Assembly: GCA_963845755.1 (NCBI GenBank)
Contig: CAWJTV010000042.1
Location: forward strand, 342,997 to 406,996
Origin: an uncultured Planctomycetota bacterium
GTDB lineage: Bacteria; Planctomycetota; Planctomycetia; Isosphaerales; Isosphaeraceae
Reading direction: 5' to 3'
Length of the DNA stretch: 64,000 nt
Position numbers and translations under genes: made by a program. A model generated the notes under the pieces. It was not told the DNA's origin. It made no database searches and saw only the letters and a list, made by a program, of their open reading frames with translations. Shown here in pieces: positions 25,269 to 37,413 of the stretch (its first letter is position 1; every line of letters begins with the position of its first letter).

Positions 25269-25586
25269 CTACTCGACCAGCGTCGGGAGATGTTTCGTCG
25301 CAACGTTCCAAACGACGTCTTCATCGATGTCCATGTAGTCGTGAACGATCTTGTGGCTCATGCCCATGATGGATTTCCACGGTATCTCGGCGTGTGCCGC
25401 GCGAGTGGATTCGGGAACCTTGCGGGCGGCTTCACCGATCGTTTGGATGAGGTGCGCCAGAGCCAATCGCAGGTTCTCATCGGTGTCGAAATCGGCGCGC
25501 CTCTTCCCCTGGAGATTGGTGATGATCTTGCGCGCCCGATCCAGCATATGACCCAGGTAGACCGTCTCATCTTTGGACATCGCCAC
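25269..25586 (-). CDS. HepT-like HEPN (DUF86) toxin
   Basis: YLGHMLD, IQTIGEAA, IPWKSIMGMSHKIVHDY, DVVW. Confidence 0.9.
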   Translation of the reverse strand: MAMSKDETVYLGHMLDRARKIITNLQGKRRADFDTDENLRLALAHLIQTIGEAARKVPESTRAAHAEIPWKSIMGMSHKIVHDYMDIDEDVVWNVATKHLPTLVE

Positions 25587-25590
25587 CCTC

Positions 25591-25890
25591 CTACTGAAGG
25601 ACCTCCGTGGCGAGGATGCGGTCTCGTAGGCGAGCGTTCAGATACTTGCGGTTGACCAGATCGATCCTGCGCCGACCGAAGACTTGACCAAGCTCCTCCT
25701 CGATGTCCATTACATCCCAGCCCGGAGCCTGGCCGGGTTCATAATCAACCAGAACATCGATGTCGCTGTCGGGTCCAAAATCGTCGCGTAGGACCGAGCC
25801 GAACAAGGACAAACGCTGGATGTCGTGGCGCCGGCAAAAGTCCGCCAATGCTGTGCGGTCAGCATTCAGACGATCGATGACTGAAAGCAT
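25591..25890 (-). CDS. MntA-like minimal nucleotidyltransferase antitoxin
   Basis: LFGSVLRDDFGPDSDIDVLV (GSx10DxD), directly upstream of the HEPN gene. Confidence 0.9.
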   Translation of the reverse strand: MLSVIDRLNADRTALADFCRRHDIQRLSLFGSVLRDDFGPDSDIDVLVDYEPGQAPGWDVMDIEEELGQVFGRRRIDLVNRKYLNARLRDRILATEVLQ

Positions 25891-25905
25891 GGATCATACT
25901 CCGGG

Positions 25906-27291
25906 CTAGATATGCACTGATTCCCCCAATCCCTGCCCAGCCGCCTCCATCACGGCCTCGGAATACGTCGGGTGCGGATGCATGGCGTGGATGATCTCTT
26001 CCTCGGTGGCCTCGAGCTTCTTGGCCATCACGAGTTCGGCGATCAGCTCGGTCGCCTGCGATCCGATGAGGTGAGCTCCCAGCAGCTCGCCGTACTTGGC
26101 GTCGAAGACCAGTTTCACGAAACCCTCGGTCTCATCAGAAGCCAGGGCCCGGCCGCTGAACTGGAACGGGAACTTGCCGATGCGGATCTCGTGCCCGGCC
26201 TCACGCGCGGCCTTTTCCGTCAGACCGACGCTGGCAACGCCGGGATCGGTATAGGTGCAGCCGGGGATCGTCGTGTAGTTGACCGTGCGATCGGAGAAGC
26301 CGCAGAGCCTCTCGATGCAGCAGATCGCCTCATGGTGGGCAACGTGGGCGAGCCAGGGCGGGCCGATGATGTCGCCGACGGCGTAGATTCCCGGCACGCT
26401 GGTGACATACCCGTTCTTCGGATCGGCCTTGATGTGGTTCTTGACGATTTCCACCTTCAAGCCATCGGCGAACAGGCCCTCGACGTTGCCCAGCACGCCG
26501 ATCGCCACCAGCATCGTCTCGGCCTCGACCACCGTCTTGCCCTTGGGCGTCTCGACTTCCACCTTCACGCCCTTCACGCCCTTCTCGACCTTGGTCGTCT
26601 TCGAACTGGTAAGGATGGTCAACCCGCGCTTGGTGAGACTCTGCTTCAATGCGGCCGAGACTTCCTCGTCCTCGCCGGGCAAGACACGGTCGAGCAGCTC
26701 GACCACCGTGACCTTGGTGCCGATCGCGTTGTAGAAATAGCCGAACTCCAGGCCGATCGGGCCGGCGCCGATGATGAGCATCGACTTCGGCTGGGCCGCC
26801 AGCGACATGGCTTCCTTGTAAGAGATGATGGTCTTGCCGTCGAACTCGGCGCCGGGGAGACCGCGGGCGCGGACGCCCGTCGCGATTACGACCGAGTTGG
26901 CCGAGATCGTCTCACCCTCGACCTGGACCTGGTTCGGCGCGACGACCTTGGCCACGCCGAACCTCGAGTTCACCTTGTATTTGCGAAACAGCCCCTCAAT
27001 CCCCTTGTTCAACTGCCCCGCCACGTTCCGGCTCCGCCGGATCATCTGGCCGAAGTCCCAGGTCGCCTGACCGCCGTAGCCGAACTGCGTCCCATGGTTC
27101 TTGATCAACTCCACGAGGTGTGCGTTGGTCAGCAGAGCCTTGGTCGGGATGCAACCCCAGTTGAGACAGATCCCACCCAGCTTGTCGCGCTCGACGCACA
27201 GCACGCGCTTCTTGAGCTGAGCCGCTCGGATTGCACCCGCGTATCCCGCTGGGCCACCGCCGATTACCACGATGTCATAGTCGTAAGCCAT
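25906..27291 (-). CDS. lpdA: Dihydrolipoyl dehydrogenase
   Basis: GGGPAGY, GGICLNWGCIPTK redox disulfide, GAGPIG, HPHPTYSE. Confidence 0.97.
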   Translation of the reverse strand: MAYDYDIVVIGGGPAGYAGAIRAAQLKKRVLCVERDKLGGICLNWGCIPTKALLTNAHLVELIKNHGTQFGYGGQATWDFGQMIRRSRNVAGQLNKGIEGLFRKYKVNSRFGVAKVVAPNQVQVEGETISANSVVIATGVRARGLPGAEFDGKTIISYKEAMSLAAQPKSMLIIGAGPIGLEFGYFYNAIGTKVTVVELLDRVLPGEDEEVSAALKQSLTKRGLTILTSSKTTKVEKGVKGVKVEVETPKGKTVVEAETMLVAIGVLGNVEGLFADGLKVEIVKNHIKADPKNGYVTSVPGIYAVGDIIGPPWLAHVAHHEAICCIERLCGFSDRTVNYTTIPGCTYTDPGVASVGLTEKAAREAGHEIRIGKFPFQFSGRALASDETEGFVKLVFDAKYGELLGAHLIGSQATELIAELVMAKKLEATEEEIIHAMHPHPTYSEAVMEAAGQGLGESVHI

Positions 27292-27330
27292 GGGTCCCTT
27301 TTCGGCCGAAAGTCGGTCGGGCGTCTGGGT

Positions 27331-27392
27331 CGGATTTCCCAAACTCGTCAGGCAGGAACGCCGGATTTCCCGAGCATGTCAGGCAGGAACGC
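27331..27392. repeat. Tandem 31-bp imperfect repeat upstream of lpdA
   Basis: cggatttccc-N6-gtcaggcaggaacgc occurs twice head-to-tail. Confidence 0.75.
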
Positions 27393-28038
27393 CTGATCCG
27401 CGTGACGCAGCGGCGCAATTATAGACACCGGAATCGGCCGCAGACCACAGCCCGTTCCCTGGAACCCCCACGAACCCGGCCCGATCGAACCGCCGTTTCG
27501 GCCGCGCCGCCGTGCTCTCGTGGCCGTTAGCCTTTGAAGTCGCTACGGTCTCGGGGTCCGGATTCGACGTCCCGCGCCCACGGCGATCCGCAAGCCTCAC
27601 TCCTGCATCGGATTGAGGTCCGAATACCACGGGTTCGCCATCGAGGCAAGCGTCGCAGAGAAAACCCCATGGATCGTTTCATCGCCGATGGGAACGCGTC
27701 AAACCTGAACAGATGCAATCATTGATGCAATCGTCATGAGTGCCAGTGGATGCCTGGTTGGTGTCATGCTGATAAGCGGGCACCTTCGGACTTATGTCCG
27801 GAAGTGGCTTGCGGTTTGTGACCAAATCGTTATATAGGAAAGGGTGGTCGTAGCGCCTTCAGCGGCGAACTGGTCGCAATTCGCTTCGATGGGAGATGGT
27901 TCCGCGGGATCGGCCAGAGACTGCGAACGATTTCCAGCGTTACAGTCACTCACGGGCGCCCCGGTCAGCGCAACGGTGGGTCGAACCGAGACGAGCCGTC
28001 GATTCGCGATCTCGTCAACAATCGGAAAGGGGAATCGA

Positions 28039-29190
28039 ATGCGAGCACGCCGAGGCTTCACACTCATCGAGTTGCTCGTTGTCATCGCCATCATCGGTGT
28101 TCTCGTCGCCCTGTTATTGCCCGCGGTCCAGCAGGCCCGCGAGTCGGCGAGGCGGGCCCAGTGCACGAACAACCTCAAGCAACTGGGCCTGGCCATGCAC
28201 AACTACATGTCGCAGCAGGGGACGTTCCCGCCCCTGGTGCAGAACGGGAGCTTCCAGGTCTGGGGAAGCACGTATGCGAACTTTGGTCTCACCGGGCTCT
28301 ACTTCGATCCGTGGCCGCTGGACTGGACGGCGTCGATCTTGAGCCAGATGGATCAGATCCCGCTATACAATCAGTTGAACTTCTCGGTCAGCTCGGGGTG
28401 GGCCGGGTTCGGCTCGCAGGGTTGGGACCCGCAGAACACGTCGGTCCTCTCCACGCAGATCGCCTCGCTACTGTGCCCTTCGGAGACACAGACGCGGGTG
28501 ACGATCGGCCCAGGGACGCGGCGGAACTACGTGGCCAATATCGGCGGACCGGCCAACTTCATGGCCTGGAGTGGCGCGCTGACGCCGCTGAAGGACCATC
28601 CGCCGTTCGACTACGCGGGCGTCTACTGGAATACCAACAGTGGGACGACCTTCGGGATCGAGGCGTTCAGCGACGGCAGCACAAACACGGCGATGTTCAG
28701 CGAGACGCTGCTGGGCTCCGGGCCGGCTGGCCCGATCTCTCTCTCGTCGACCTACCGCAAGGGGACGTACCAATGGCAGCTCACGATCTCGAATTTCTGG
28801 GATCAGGGGCCGGCCGGTGGTCTATTCGCTTTGCAGTTCGTCCGCAGTTGCCTGGCGCTGCCGGGCACCTGGCCCTCCAAGGGGGTCAACTTCCCGGCCA
28901 ATGGCAACATCTGGATGGCCAGCAACGCTGCCTCCTGCCTGTTGTGGGACGCCTATAACCACTTCATGCCACCCAACTCCCAGAGTTGCGCGGCGGCCAA
29001 CAATTTCTACACCACCTCCTACGGTGAATTCATGGACGCCCTGCCGCCGAGCTGCAACCACCCCGGCGGAATCAATATCGGCTTCGCGGACGGCTCGGTC
29101 CGCTGGCTCAAGAACAACGTGGCCTACCAGGTTTGGTGGGCGCTGGGCACGAGGAATGGCAACGAGTCCATCAGCTCCGATTCGTATTGA
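28039..29190 (+). CDS. DUF1559 prepilin-type protein
   Basis: [16 protein letters not shown]...[39 protein letters not shown]. Confidence 0.95.
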   Translation: MRARRGFTLIELLVVIAIIGVLVALLLPAVQQARESARRAQCTNNLKQLGLAMHNYMSQQGTFPPLVQNGSFQVWGSTYANFGLTGLYFDPWPLDWTASILSQMDQIPLYNQLNFSVSSGWAGFGSQGWDPQNTSVLSTQIASLLCPSETQTRVTIGPGTRRNYVANIGGPANFMAWSGALTPLKDHPPFDYAGVYWNTNSGTTFGIEAFSDGSTNTAMFSETLLGSGPAGPISLSSTYRKGTYQWQLTISNFWDQGPAGGLFALQFVRSCLALPGTWPSKGVNFPANGNIWMASNAASCLLWDAYNHFMPPNSQSCAAANNFYTTSYGEFMDALPPSCNHPGGINIGFADGSVRWLKNNVAYQVWWALGTRNGNESISSDSY

Positions 29191-29633
29191 TCGATCGGGG
29201 CGAAAACTCCCTCCGGGGGCGGCGCCGGGCTGCCCCCGGACCCGAGATTCGGCGACGCAACGCCTACGTGGAGGTTGCGTCGATCGGTCTCCGAGATTCA
29301 GGTCCGGGCGCGACTCGGTCGGCCCGGGACCTTATTCACACAGGCTCAAAGCCCGAAGGGAGTGCTCCGTCCCCTCGATGGGGAGCCACCGCGGGACTTG
29401 CCGGTGTGGAGCGATGTCGATCGCCGGCCTGCGGGATGGCATCACCCACGATCCGACGTCGGCCGATGTCGTCCTCCCTCTGAGCTGGGCGGCCGGGTAC
29501 CCCTCGCTGGCCCGTCTCTCGATCCTCGCAACCGCACGACGATTCGCTCGAGGTTCCGCCACGCCGTCCCGAGGGTTCTTGAGACAAGTCCCGCTCGCCG
29601 ATCTATACCTCAATATCCTCCGGAGAAACCACC

Positions 29634-29939
29634 ATGTGCCGATTTTGTCACGGGATCGCCGGAATCGTCCTCGTCGCGGCCGTCGCCGGTTGCAGTGATC
29701 CCGGCACGCAGGATGGCAAGGTGCCCTTCAAAGGGACGCCCACGGAACCGTACAACTCGCTCACGAATCAGATGAAGAAGAACGCGCAAATCCAGGCGCA
29801 GAAAGCGGAGGAAGAGGCCAAGGCCAAGGAAGTCAAGTCGGACGAACCGCCCAAGGCCAAGGATGCCAAGTCGGACGAACCGCCCAAGGCCAAGGATGCC
29901 AAGCCCGCCGAGGACAAAGTTCCGGGCAAGAGTGGGTGA
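29634..29939 (+). CDS. Small lipoprotein with 33-bp tandem repeat (KSDEPPKAKDA twice, 29834-29899)
   Basis: Lipobox VAGC; Lys/Pro-rich tail. Confidence 0.75.
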   Translation: MCRFCHGIAGIVLVAAVAGCSDPGTQDGKVPFKGTPTEPYNSLTNQMKKNAQIQAQKAEEEAKAKEVKSDEPPKAKDAKSDEPPKAKDAKPAEDKVPGKSG

Positions 29940-30077
29940 GCGGGAGCGAATCGAGGCCCTTTGTCCTTGCCCTCCGGTCCTGTTGACTCGCGGCTCATCG
30001 AAACCGCGGACCCCTGGGCGGGCCGCAGGAGATGAGCCATTCGCAAAGTTCGACCTTCCCATTGGGAGAATATATCG

Positions 30078-30338
30078 ATGCGTCGATTTTTTACGACATT
30101 CGCCTGCGCCGGCCTGCTCGTCCTTGCCTCCTCGTTCGTCGGGTGTGGCGGCGATTCGAGCCCGACGCCGGGATCGGGATTCTTGACCGAGACCTCCCCT
30201 ACCGACTTCAAGTCAACCGATCTGGCTCCGTTCGAGAGCATGAAGAACCAGATGCAGGAGAACATGAAGAAGGGGACTTACGCCCAGAGACCGGTCCCGC
30301 CCAAGGAGAAAGAGAAAGCCGGCGAGAAGAAGAAGTAG
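30078..30338 (+). CDS. Small lipoprotein
   Basis: GGAG RBS; MRRFF...FVGC lipobox. Confidence 0.75.
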   Translation: MRRFFTTFACAGLLVLASSFVGCGGDSSPTPGSGFLTETSPTDFKSTDLAPFESMKNQMQENMKKGTYAQRPVPPKEKEKAGEKKK

Positions 30339-30513
30339 CGAGTCGCTCGGAGTGGCGGGTGGCGCGCGAAGACGGAGATCGGCTCTCCAGGTCGCACGCG
30401 CGGTCCTCAGGACGAAGCGGTGGGTGCGGTTCCGAACGTTCACCGACACTCCACTCGCCACAACGAGCCGCGATTCGAGCCACTCGCGGACGATCCCTGG
30501 AGAGACATTCGGA

Positions 30514-31780
30514 ATGCGATCAAGTGGCGCCCACCGGGTTGGGATCGGGTGGATCGGGGCCCTGGTCCTGCTCGGGCTGGGCTTGACCTTGGCGATCCGG
30601 CGGGTCTGGGAGTCCGATCCGGCCCGCGCGTTCATGCGGGCCGATGCGGCTTACAAGGCCGGCCGTTACGCTGAGGCCGACGCGGCCCTGCACCGGCTGG
30701 AGCGGCTCCGTGCTCCCACGTCCGTGGATCGGCTCCTGCGCCGAGGTTGACGTCGCGTCCGATCGTGCGATCGAGGCGCTAGCGGAATTCGCGGCGATCC
30801 CCGACGATCATCCCCTGGCGCCGATGGCCCGGCTCAGGACGGGGCAGATCCAGATCCGCCGCGGGCTGACGCGCCCGGCCGAGTCGGCGCTGCTAGCCGC
30901 GTTGCGGCTGCTCCCGCGCAGCGTGCAGCCCCGCAAGGAGCTGGTCTTCATCTACAACATCCAGCATCGCCAGGCGGAGCTCGACGCGGTGCTGGCCGCC
31001 CTGCTCGACCTGGATGCGCTGGATTACAAGTACGTCCTCCACTGGACCAAGACGCGGAACACCGTCTGGAACCCCAACGGCGATCTCCCCTCACTCGAAA
31101 GGTTCGCGGCCGCCGACCCGGAGGACCACTGGTCGAGGCTGGCCCTGGTCGAGGCCTTCCGGCGGCTGGACCGGATCGACGAGGCCGAGCGGGCCCTGGC
31201 GCCCCTGCCCCTCTCGGACCCCCGGGCGCGGACAAAGCGCGTCCTGATCGCGATGGACCGCGGCGATTTCGCCGCTGCCGAGTCGCTCCTGGCCGAGGGA
31301 CCGAAAGATGATCCCGGGTTAGCCCGGCTCCGAGGCCAACTGGCCCTCCGCCGCCGCGACGGACCCGCGGCGGTCAAGCAATTCCGCATCGCCCTCGGCG
31401 CCGACCCGATCGACCGCGTGGCGCTCTCCGGACTGGGAACGGCCCTGGGACTGCTCGGACAGACCGCCGAGGCGCGTCCCTATCTCGAAGCCGCCCGCCG
31501 CCACGACGACCTTGGGAAATTGGTCTCCCGCGCCGCGACCACCGAAGGCGAGCACGATCCCAAGATCCCTCACGAGCTCGGCATGGCCTGCGCGGCCGTC
31601 GGCCGCAAACAGGAGGCCCGTGCCTGGCTCCGGTTGGCCATCCGGCGCGATCCTCTTGATGCCGAGAGCCAGCAGACTCTATTCGACCTCGAACATGCCG
31701 CCGCCTCGCGATCGTCCCCGGGCCAAAACACCGGCTCGGCTCCCCGCGCCGATGCCTCGACCCCATCCGCGAACCTGTGA
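30514..31780 (+). CDS. Membrane-anchored TPR protein (frameshifted)
   Basis: N-terminal TM segment followed by helical TPR-like repeats across ORFs 30352-30750 and 30644-31780. Confidence 0.75.
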
Positions 31781-32708
31781 TCCGGGCAGCCCGTCTCCAC
31801 TTCATCCATTCGTCGATCGACCGGCCGAGAACGCTAGGACGCTTCGGGTCGTGCTCCGAGTTCGCTTTTCTCTATTTTCTATAGAATCTTCTTGCGATCA
31901 GCCGAAAGTCGCTTTACAGTGCACATAATCATCGATTGTGTCGATGGCCCGAAGAGGATTGGCAGGACAGTCGTTCGTCTCGTGCGACGATGAGTGCCCC
32001 ACCGGTGTGTGCTCACTTTCCGGTCGAGCCCGTACGCGCAAGCAACCTCAGGATCCCAGGGACACTGTGCCTCCGGATAGGGGGTTTTCGGTGGTCTTTT
32101 TCGATCCGGCCGAGGAGTTGTCGTGTAACAGGTTGCCCAGGCGATTCGCGTGAGTCCGACGCCACTCGAGAGTGGCTGGTGAAACTGGCTAGACTCGAAT
32201 GGGTGAGGGTGCTGATCATTGGCCGGGCGGTCGTACGGCCAGTGCGAGGGCCGCGAGATCAGTCGGATCCGACGTCGATTCGAGTCTGAGGCGGTACTCG
32301 GTCCTTGCCACCTCATCTCTTCGGATTGTAGCGAGGATCTTGGAGGGAGTCGTCTTCGATCGAGAGACCAGCGAGAATCGGCCTGTGTCGGAGGGGTCCC
32401 TCATGTTCTCCCGCGACGCGATAACGGCGAGCGGCCTAGCGAACCGCCATCGTTGAGGTGTGTCGTGATCCGATGGTCGTGCTCGATGGGCTTCTCCGAG
32501 TGACCAGGGTCGATCCGTCCCTCCCACGGAGCGCGGGGCTCAGCCCGATTCCCGGGATGAGTGCCAGCGAGAACCGCAGATCCTTGGGACCCCGTTGTTG
32601 TTCGCACTCTGGCCGGAGGGCCGCTGCTTTCTCATTCCGTTCATTTCTTTCATTTTCTGGCTACGTATCACTCGAACCGGACTTGGTTTTCCAAGAAGGG
32701 GATGGGTC

Positions 32709-33839
32709 ATGATCGTGATACCGCGAACTCGTCGCGCTTTTACCCTCATCGAACTACTTGTCGTTATCGCCATCATCGCCGTGTTGATCGCGTTACTGCT
32801 TCCGGCGGTGCAAGCGGCACGCGAGGCGGCCCGGCGTGCCCAGTGCACCAACAATCTCAAGCAGATCGGCCTGGCGATGCACAACTACAATTCCCAGCAA
32901 AACTGCTTCCCACCGCAGGTGCAGAACGGTGGCTACAAGTCCGCCTGGGGGGGCGGCATCTTCTTCGATCCCTGGCCGTTGGACTGGACGGCATCGATCC
33001 TGTCCCAGATGGAACAGGTGCCGATGTACAACTCCATCAACTTCGATTTCTCCGCAGGCGTCTCCGGCCCGTTCAACCGGACCGTGCTGGCTCAGAAGGT
33101 CTCCTCGCTGATGTGCCCGTCGGAGGACATGAAGATCCCGGCTGCTTCTTCCACCAACGGCTGGAAAAGCTACCACGCGAACGTCGGCGGGCCCTCTGTC
33201 ATCATGTCCTGGACCGGCATGTTTACCACGCTTCAGACGGACGCGTACGGCCAGAACGGCGTCTACGCCAACAGCAACTGCGGAGTGGTGGATCTCTCGT
33301 CGGTCACCGACGGCACCTCCAACACCTGCATGGTGAGCGAGACTCATCTGGGGTCCGGAAACGCGGCACCGGTCCTGCTCAGCGCCGCGCAGAGACGTGG
33401 CGACACGTATATGTGGAGGCCCACCGGCGGCCAGACGACGACCGGTTATGACATGGGCCCCGCCGGCGTGTCGATCGCCCTGGCGTTCGTGAAGAGCTGC
33501 CAGTCGATCCCCGGCTCGTCACCGGCTTTCGGCACGCTCGCTCCGCCCAACGGAAACTACTGGATCGGCGGTAACCCGGGCTCGTGCATGCTGTGGGACG
33601 CCTACAACCACTTCATGCCCCCCAACACCATCGCCTGCGACTCCACCACGGACGGGAATACGGGAGGCTACGGCTCGGTGCCCGACGCGTTCCCGCCGGC
33701 GAGCAACCACCCCGGCGGCGTCAACATCGTTTTCGCCGACGGCTCGGTCCATTTTATCAAGAATAGCACCAACCTCTCCACCTGGTGGAGCCTGGGCACC
33801 CGCAACGGGAACGAGGTCATCAGCTCGGATCAGTATTGA
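32709..33839 (+). CDS. DUF1559 prepilin-type protein
   Basis: [32 protein letters not shown]. Confidence 0.95.
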   Translation: MIVIPRTRRAFTLIELLVVIAIIAVLIALLLPAVQAAREAARRAQCTNNLKQIGLAMHNYNSQQNCFPPQVQNGGYKSAWGGGIFFDPWPLDWTASILSQMEQVPMYNSINFDFSAGVSGPFNRTVLAQKVSSLMCPSEDMKIPAASSTNGWKSYHANVGGPSVIMSWTGMFTTLQTDAYGQNGVYANSNCGVVDLSSVTDGTSNTCMVSETHLGSGNAAPVLLSAAQRRGDTYMWRPTGGQTTTGYDMGPAGVSIALAFVKSCQSIPGSSPAFGTLAPPNGNYWIGGNPGSCMLWDAYNHFMPPNTIACDSTTDGNTGGYGSVPDAFPPASNHPGGVNIVFADGSVHFIKNSTNLSTWWSLGTRNGNEVISSDQY

Positions 33840-33908
33840 GTTCCAGACATGCGAGTCGCCAGCGAATCCCAACCAATGGCAACGACAAGGAGTTTCATCG
33901 TGCGGACA

Positions 33909-34076
33909 ATGCGCTACGTCATGGTCGCCGCCATCTTCTCGGCTTTCTTCCTCGCTGGCTGTGGCGACAGCGAGCAACCCACAAAGGTTGATACGACCCC
34001 GAAGGCCCCGCCTACCGAGTTCAAGGGGATGCTGGACGATCAGATGAAGAATGCTAAGATCAAGGGGAAGCCCTAG
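33909..34076 (+). CDS. Small lipoprotein
   Basis: MRYVMVAAIFSAFFLAGC lipobox. Confidence 0.7.
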   Translation: MRYVMVAAIFSAFFLAGCGDSEQPTKVDTTPKAPPTEFKGMLDDQMKNAKIKGKP

Positions 34077-34303
34077 CGGAAACCGGCCGCGCCGGAGGAA
34101 CCGGCTGAGAAGTCCGGGACCTCCGGGGTCGGCCCCAGCCCGGCACCGCCGGCCCATCAGCGAGCGGGACGGATCGAGAGTATCAAAATCGAGATCGGTC
34201 CTCAAAGTGAGGGCCTTCCTCTGGCGGCCGGGATGCCCTCACGAGCACAAGATCCATTCATTTCGAGCCAGTGCCCACGGGACGCCGACGTGTTGAGGTC
34301 AGG

Positions 34304-37275
34304 ATGGTTCGATCCCGGATTGCTGCCGGCATCGCCATCGGCCTGCTGACGGCGGTCCTCGGCTGGATCGCCTGGCTGCTGGTCGGCCGTTGGCAAGTCC
34401 GCGAGGGCGTCGGCTTGGCCACGCGGCGGATGGACGCGAAGCAATACGCGCCGGCACGCGACCGGTTGGCGTGGCTCTCCGCCTGGTGGCCGCGGCAAGG
34501 GGATGTTGAATATCTCCTCGGGGCATGCGAGGCGGAACTGGGACATGTAGAGGCGGCCCTGGCGGCCTGGGGCCGCGTGCCCCCGGGCTCGCCGCGAGCT
34601 GCCGTGACGAACCTCGCCGAAGGCCGGCTGCTCGTCCGCGCGCTGGGACGGATGGCGGACGCCGAGGGCTGCTACCGCGCGGCGGTGCGCGGCACCAGTC
34701 GCACCGCTATCGAGGCCCGCTGGGCACTCGCCGAGCTACTCCTCTGGGAAGGGCGGCTCGTTGAGATGCGCCGGCTACTCCGCGAGATCGGACGAGCCGG
34801 CCCGCCGCGCGACCGGATCGCGGCGCTCCGCGAGCACTGGCGGGTTCGACTCGGTGATCGTCGCTGCCGAGGAGCTCCAGCCGTTCCTCGACCGGGCCGG
34901 GCGGACCGCGCCCAACGACGAGCGCGTCTGGCTGGCGCGGGCGTATCTCGCCACGCGTTACGGCCGATACGCCGAGGCGCGCGACTGGCTGGACCGTTGC
35001 CGGGGCCGCCAGCCCGACGATCCGTTCCTTCCCCGCGCCCGGCTCGAGTGGGCGATGGCGGCCGGTGAGCCGAAGGAGGCGCGCGAGGCGCTGGCCGAAA
35101 TCGCGCCCGAGACCGTCGATGCGACCGAACGATGGTCGCTCCACGCCTGGTTCGCCGCGCGACACCCCGACGCCAAGTTGGAGCGATCGGCCCTGGAGAA
35201 TCTGATCGCGCTCGAGCCAGGCAATACCCCGGCGCTCGATCGCCTGGCGACCCTGGCGCTCCAGGCTGGTGATCCCAACAGCGCCGCGGTGCTCCGCCGC
35301 CGCCAGGAGGAGGCCCTCCGCGACAAGGAGCGTTATCGCCGGCTCCTGATCGCAGACCCCGACCCGATCCCCGTTGACGAGTTGCACGAGTGCGCCCGAC
35401 TGGCCGAGCGCCTGGGGCGCTGGTTCGAGGCGCAGGGCTGGCTGATCCTGGCGCTGGAACGCAACTCCGCCGACCAGGCCGCACGCGATTCACTCGATCG
35501 GCTCAGCCATCGCGACCGCTCTCCAGCCCTCCCTGCTCTGTCCTGGGCGTCGCTACTCGACCTGCCGGCAGGCCCCGATGACCGGACGGCTGTCGCCATG
35601 AACACGGGGACCTCGACCGCGCCCGGTCCACCCCACGCACAGCGCGCCACCACGATCGCCTTCCGCGACGATGCCAACACCGCCGGGCTCCGCTTCACCT
35701 ACCACAACGACGAGTCGCCGCAACACCAGATCCCCGAGACGATCGGTGGCGGCGTCGCCGTCCTCGACTATGACGGCGACGGCTGGCTCGATGTCTATCT
35801 CGTCCAGGGTGGAACCTTCCCACCCGGGTCCGAGTCTTCCGGGCCCGAGCTGGGCGACCGCCTGTTCCGCAACCGCGGAGACGGGACGTTCGAGGATACG
35901 AGCCAGCGCGCCGGGATCGCGAGGATTGGCCGCGGATATGGCTTCGGCGTGACCAGCTCCGATTACGACAACGACGGCCGGCCCGATCTGTTCGTCACGC
36001 GGTTCGGGTCGTATCTCTTGCTGCACAATCGGGGCGACGGCACGTTCGAGGACGCGACTGCTCACGCCGGATTGGACGGCGGGCGCGACTGGCCGACCTC
36101 GGCCGCCTTCGCCGACCTCGACGGTGACGGCGACCTCGATCTGTATGTCTGCCACTACCTGGCCTGGGATGCGGCGCATCCCACGCTCTGCCGAGGGCCC
36201 AGGCCATCGACTCATTACGTCTCCTGTCTACCGCTCGGATTCCCTGCGATGGCGGACCACCTGTTCCGCAACGACGGCGGCCGGTTCGTCGACGTGACCG
36301 CGGCGTCCGGGATCGTCGACTGCGACGGCCGAGGGCTCGGCGTGGTCGCCGCCGACCTCGACGATGACGGGCGGATCGATCTCTTCGTCGCCAACGACAT
36401 GACGGCCAACCTCTTGTTCCACAACCTGGGCGGCCTGCGATTCGAGGAGATCGGCCATCTCGCTGGAGTGGCCTGCAACGCCCAGGGCGGATACCTGGCC
36501 GGCATGGGCGTCGCCTGCGCCGACCTCGACCGCGACGGCCGGCCCGACCTGGCCGTGACCAACTTCTTTGGAGAGTTCGACGACGTTCTACCACAACCTG
36601 GGTCAGATGATGTTCACCGACGCCAGTTCGGCCGTCGGTCTCAAGGCCCCGAGCCGATTCTTGCTGGGCTTCGGCATCACGTTCCTCGACGTCGACAACG
36701 ACGGCGGCCTCGACCTGGCCACGGCCAACGGCCACATCCACGATGTCCGTCCCAATGTCCCCTACGCCATGCCCGCTCAGCTCCTGACCGGCGATCGCGC
36801 GGGCCGATTGACCGACGTCACCGTGCGAAGTGGCGCACCCTGGACCGTCCCACGGATCGGCCGCGGTCTCGCCCGTGCCGACCTCGACAACGACGGCCGA
36901 ATCGACCTGCTCCTCGTCGCGCAGAACTCGCCCCTGTCCTATTTCCACAACCAAACCGAGAGTGCCAATCACTTCGTCACCGTGCGCCTGGAGGGGAATC
37001 AATCTAACCGCGATGCCATCGGCGCCAAGGTGACGATCCTGGCCGGCGGTCAACGTCAGACCGCCTGGCGGCTCGGCGGGGGCAGTTATGCCTCGGCCGA
37101 GGACCCGTGCATTCAGTTCGGCGTGGACGCATCGCGGACAATCGATGAGATCGAAATCCGATGGCCCTCGGGCCGAGTCGATCGCTTTCGCGATCTGTCC
37201 GCCGACGCAGGCTACCGGATCCGTGAAGGGGAGCCAAAACCGCAACGGCTTCCCGTCTACGCGAGGCGAGGTTAG
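34304..37275 (+). CDS. TPR + FG-GAP/CRTAC1 + ASPIC/UnbV protein (frameshifted)
   Basis: TPR-like N-half; repeated DYDGDGWLD / LFRNRGDGTFED; SNRDAIGAKV...GGSYASAED...IRWPSG. Confidence 0.9.
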
Positions 37276-37413
37276 CTCATACCGGAAAGACCTTCACGTG
37301 CGCAGGCAATCAGACGGCGGATCGTGATTCGCGGGCGGGCCAGCCGCATCTCCTACGAATCCTTCATCCGAGGCGTTTGGGATGCGCAATCCTTGCCATC
37401 GATCGAAGAACAC

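Noticed and set aside
27331..27392. CRISPR-like repeat
   Set aside because: Only two abutting units with no spacers and no cas genes.
25972..27396. Long antisense ORFs (also 7081-8094, 13804-15192, 37737-39791, 62565-63971)
   Set aside because: These are shadow frames of real genes caused by high-GC codon bias, with no recognisable motifs.
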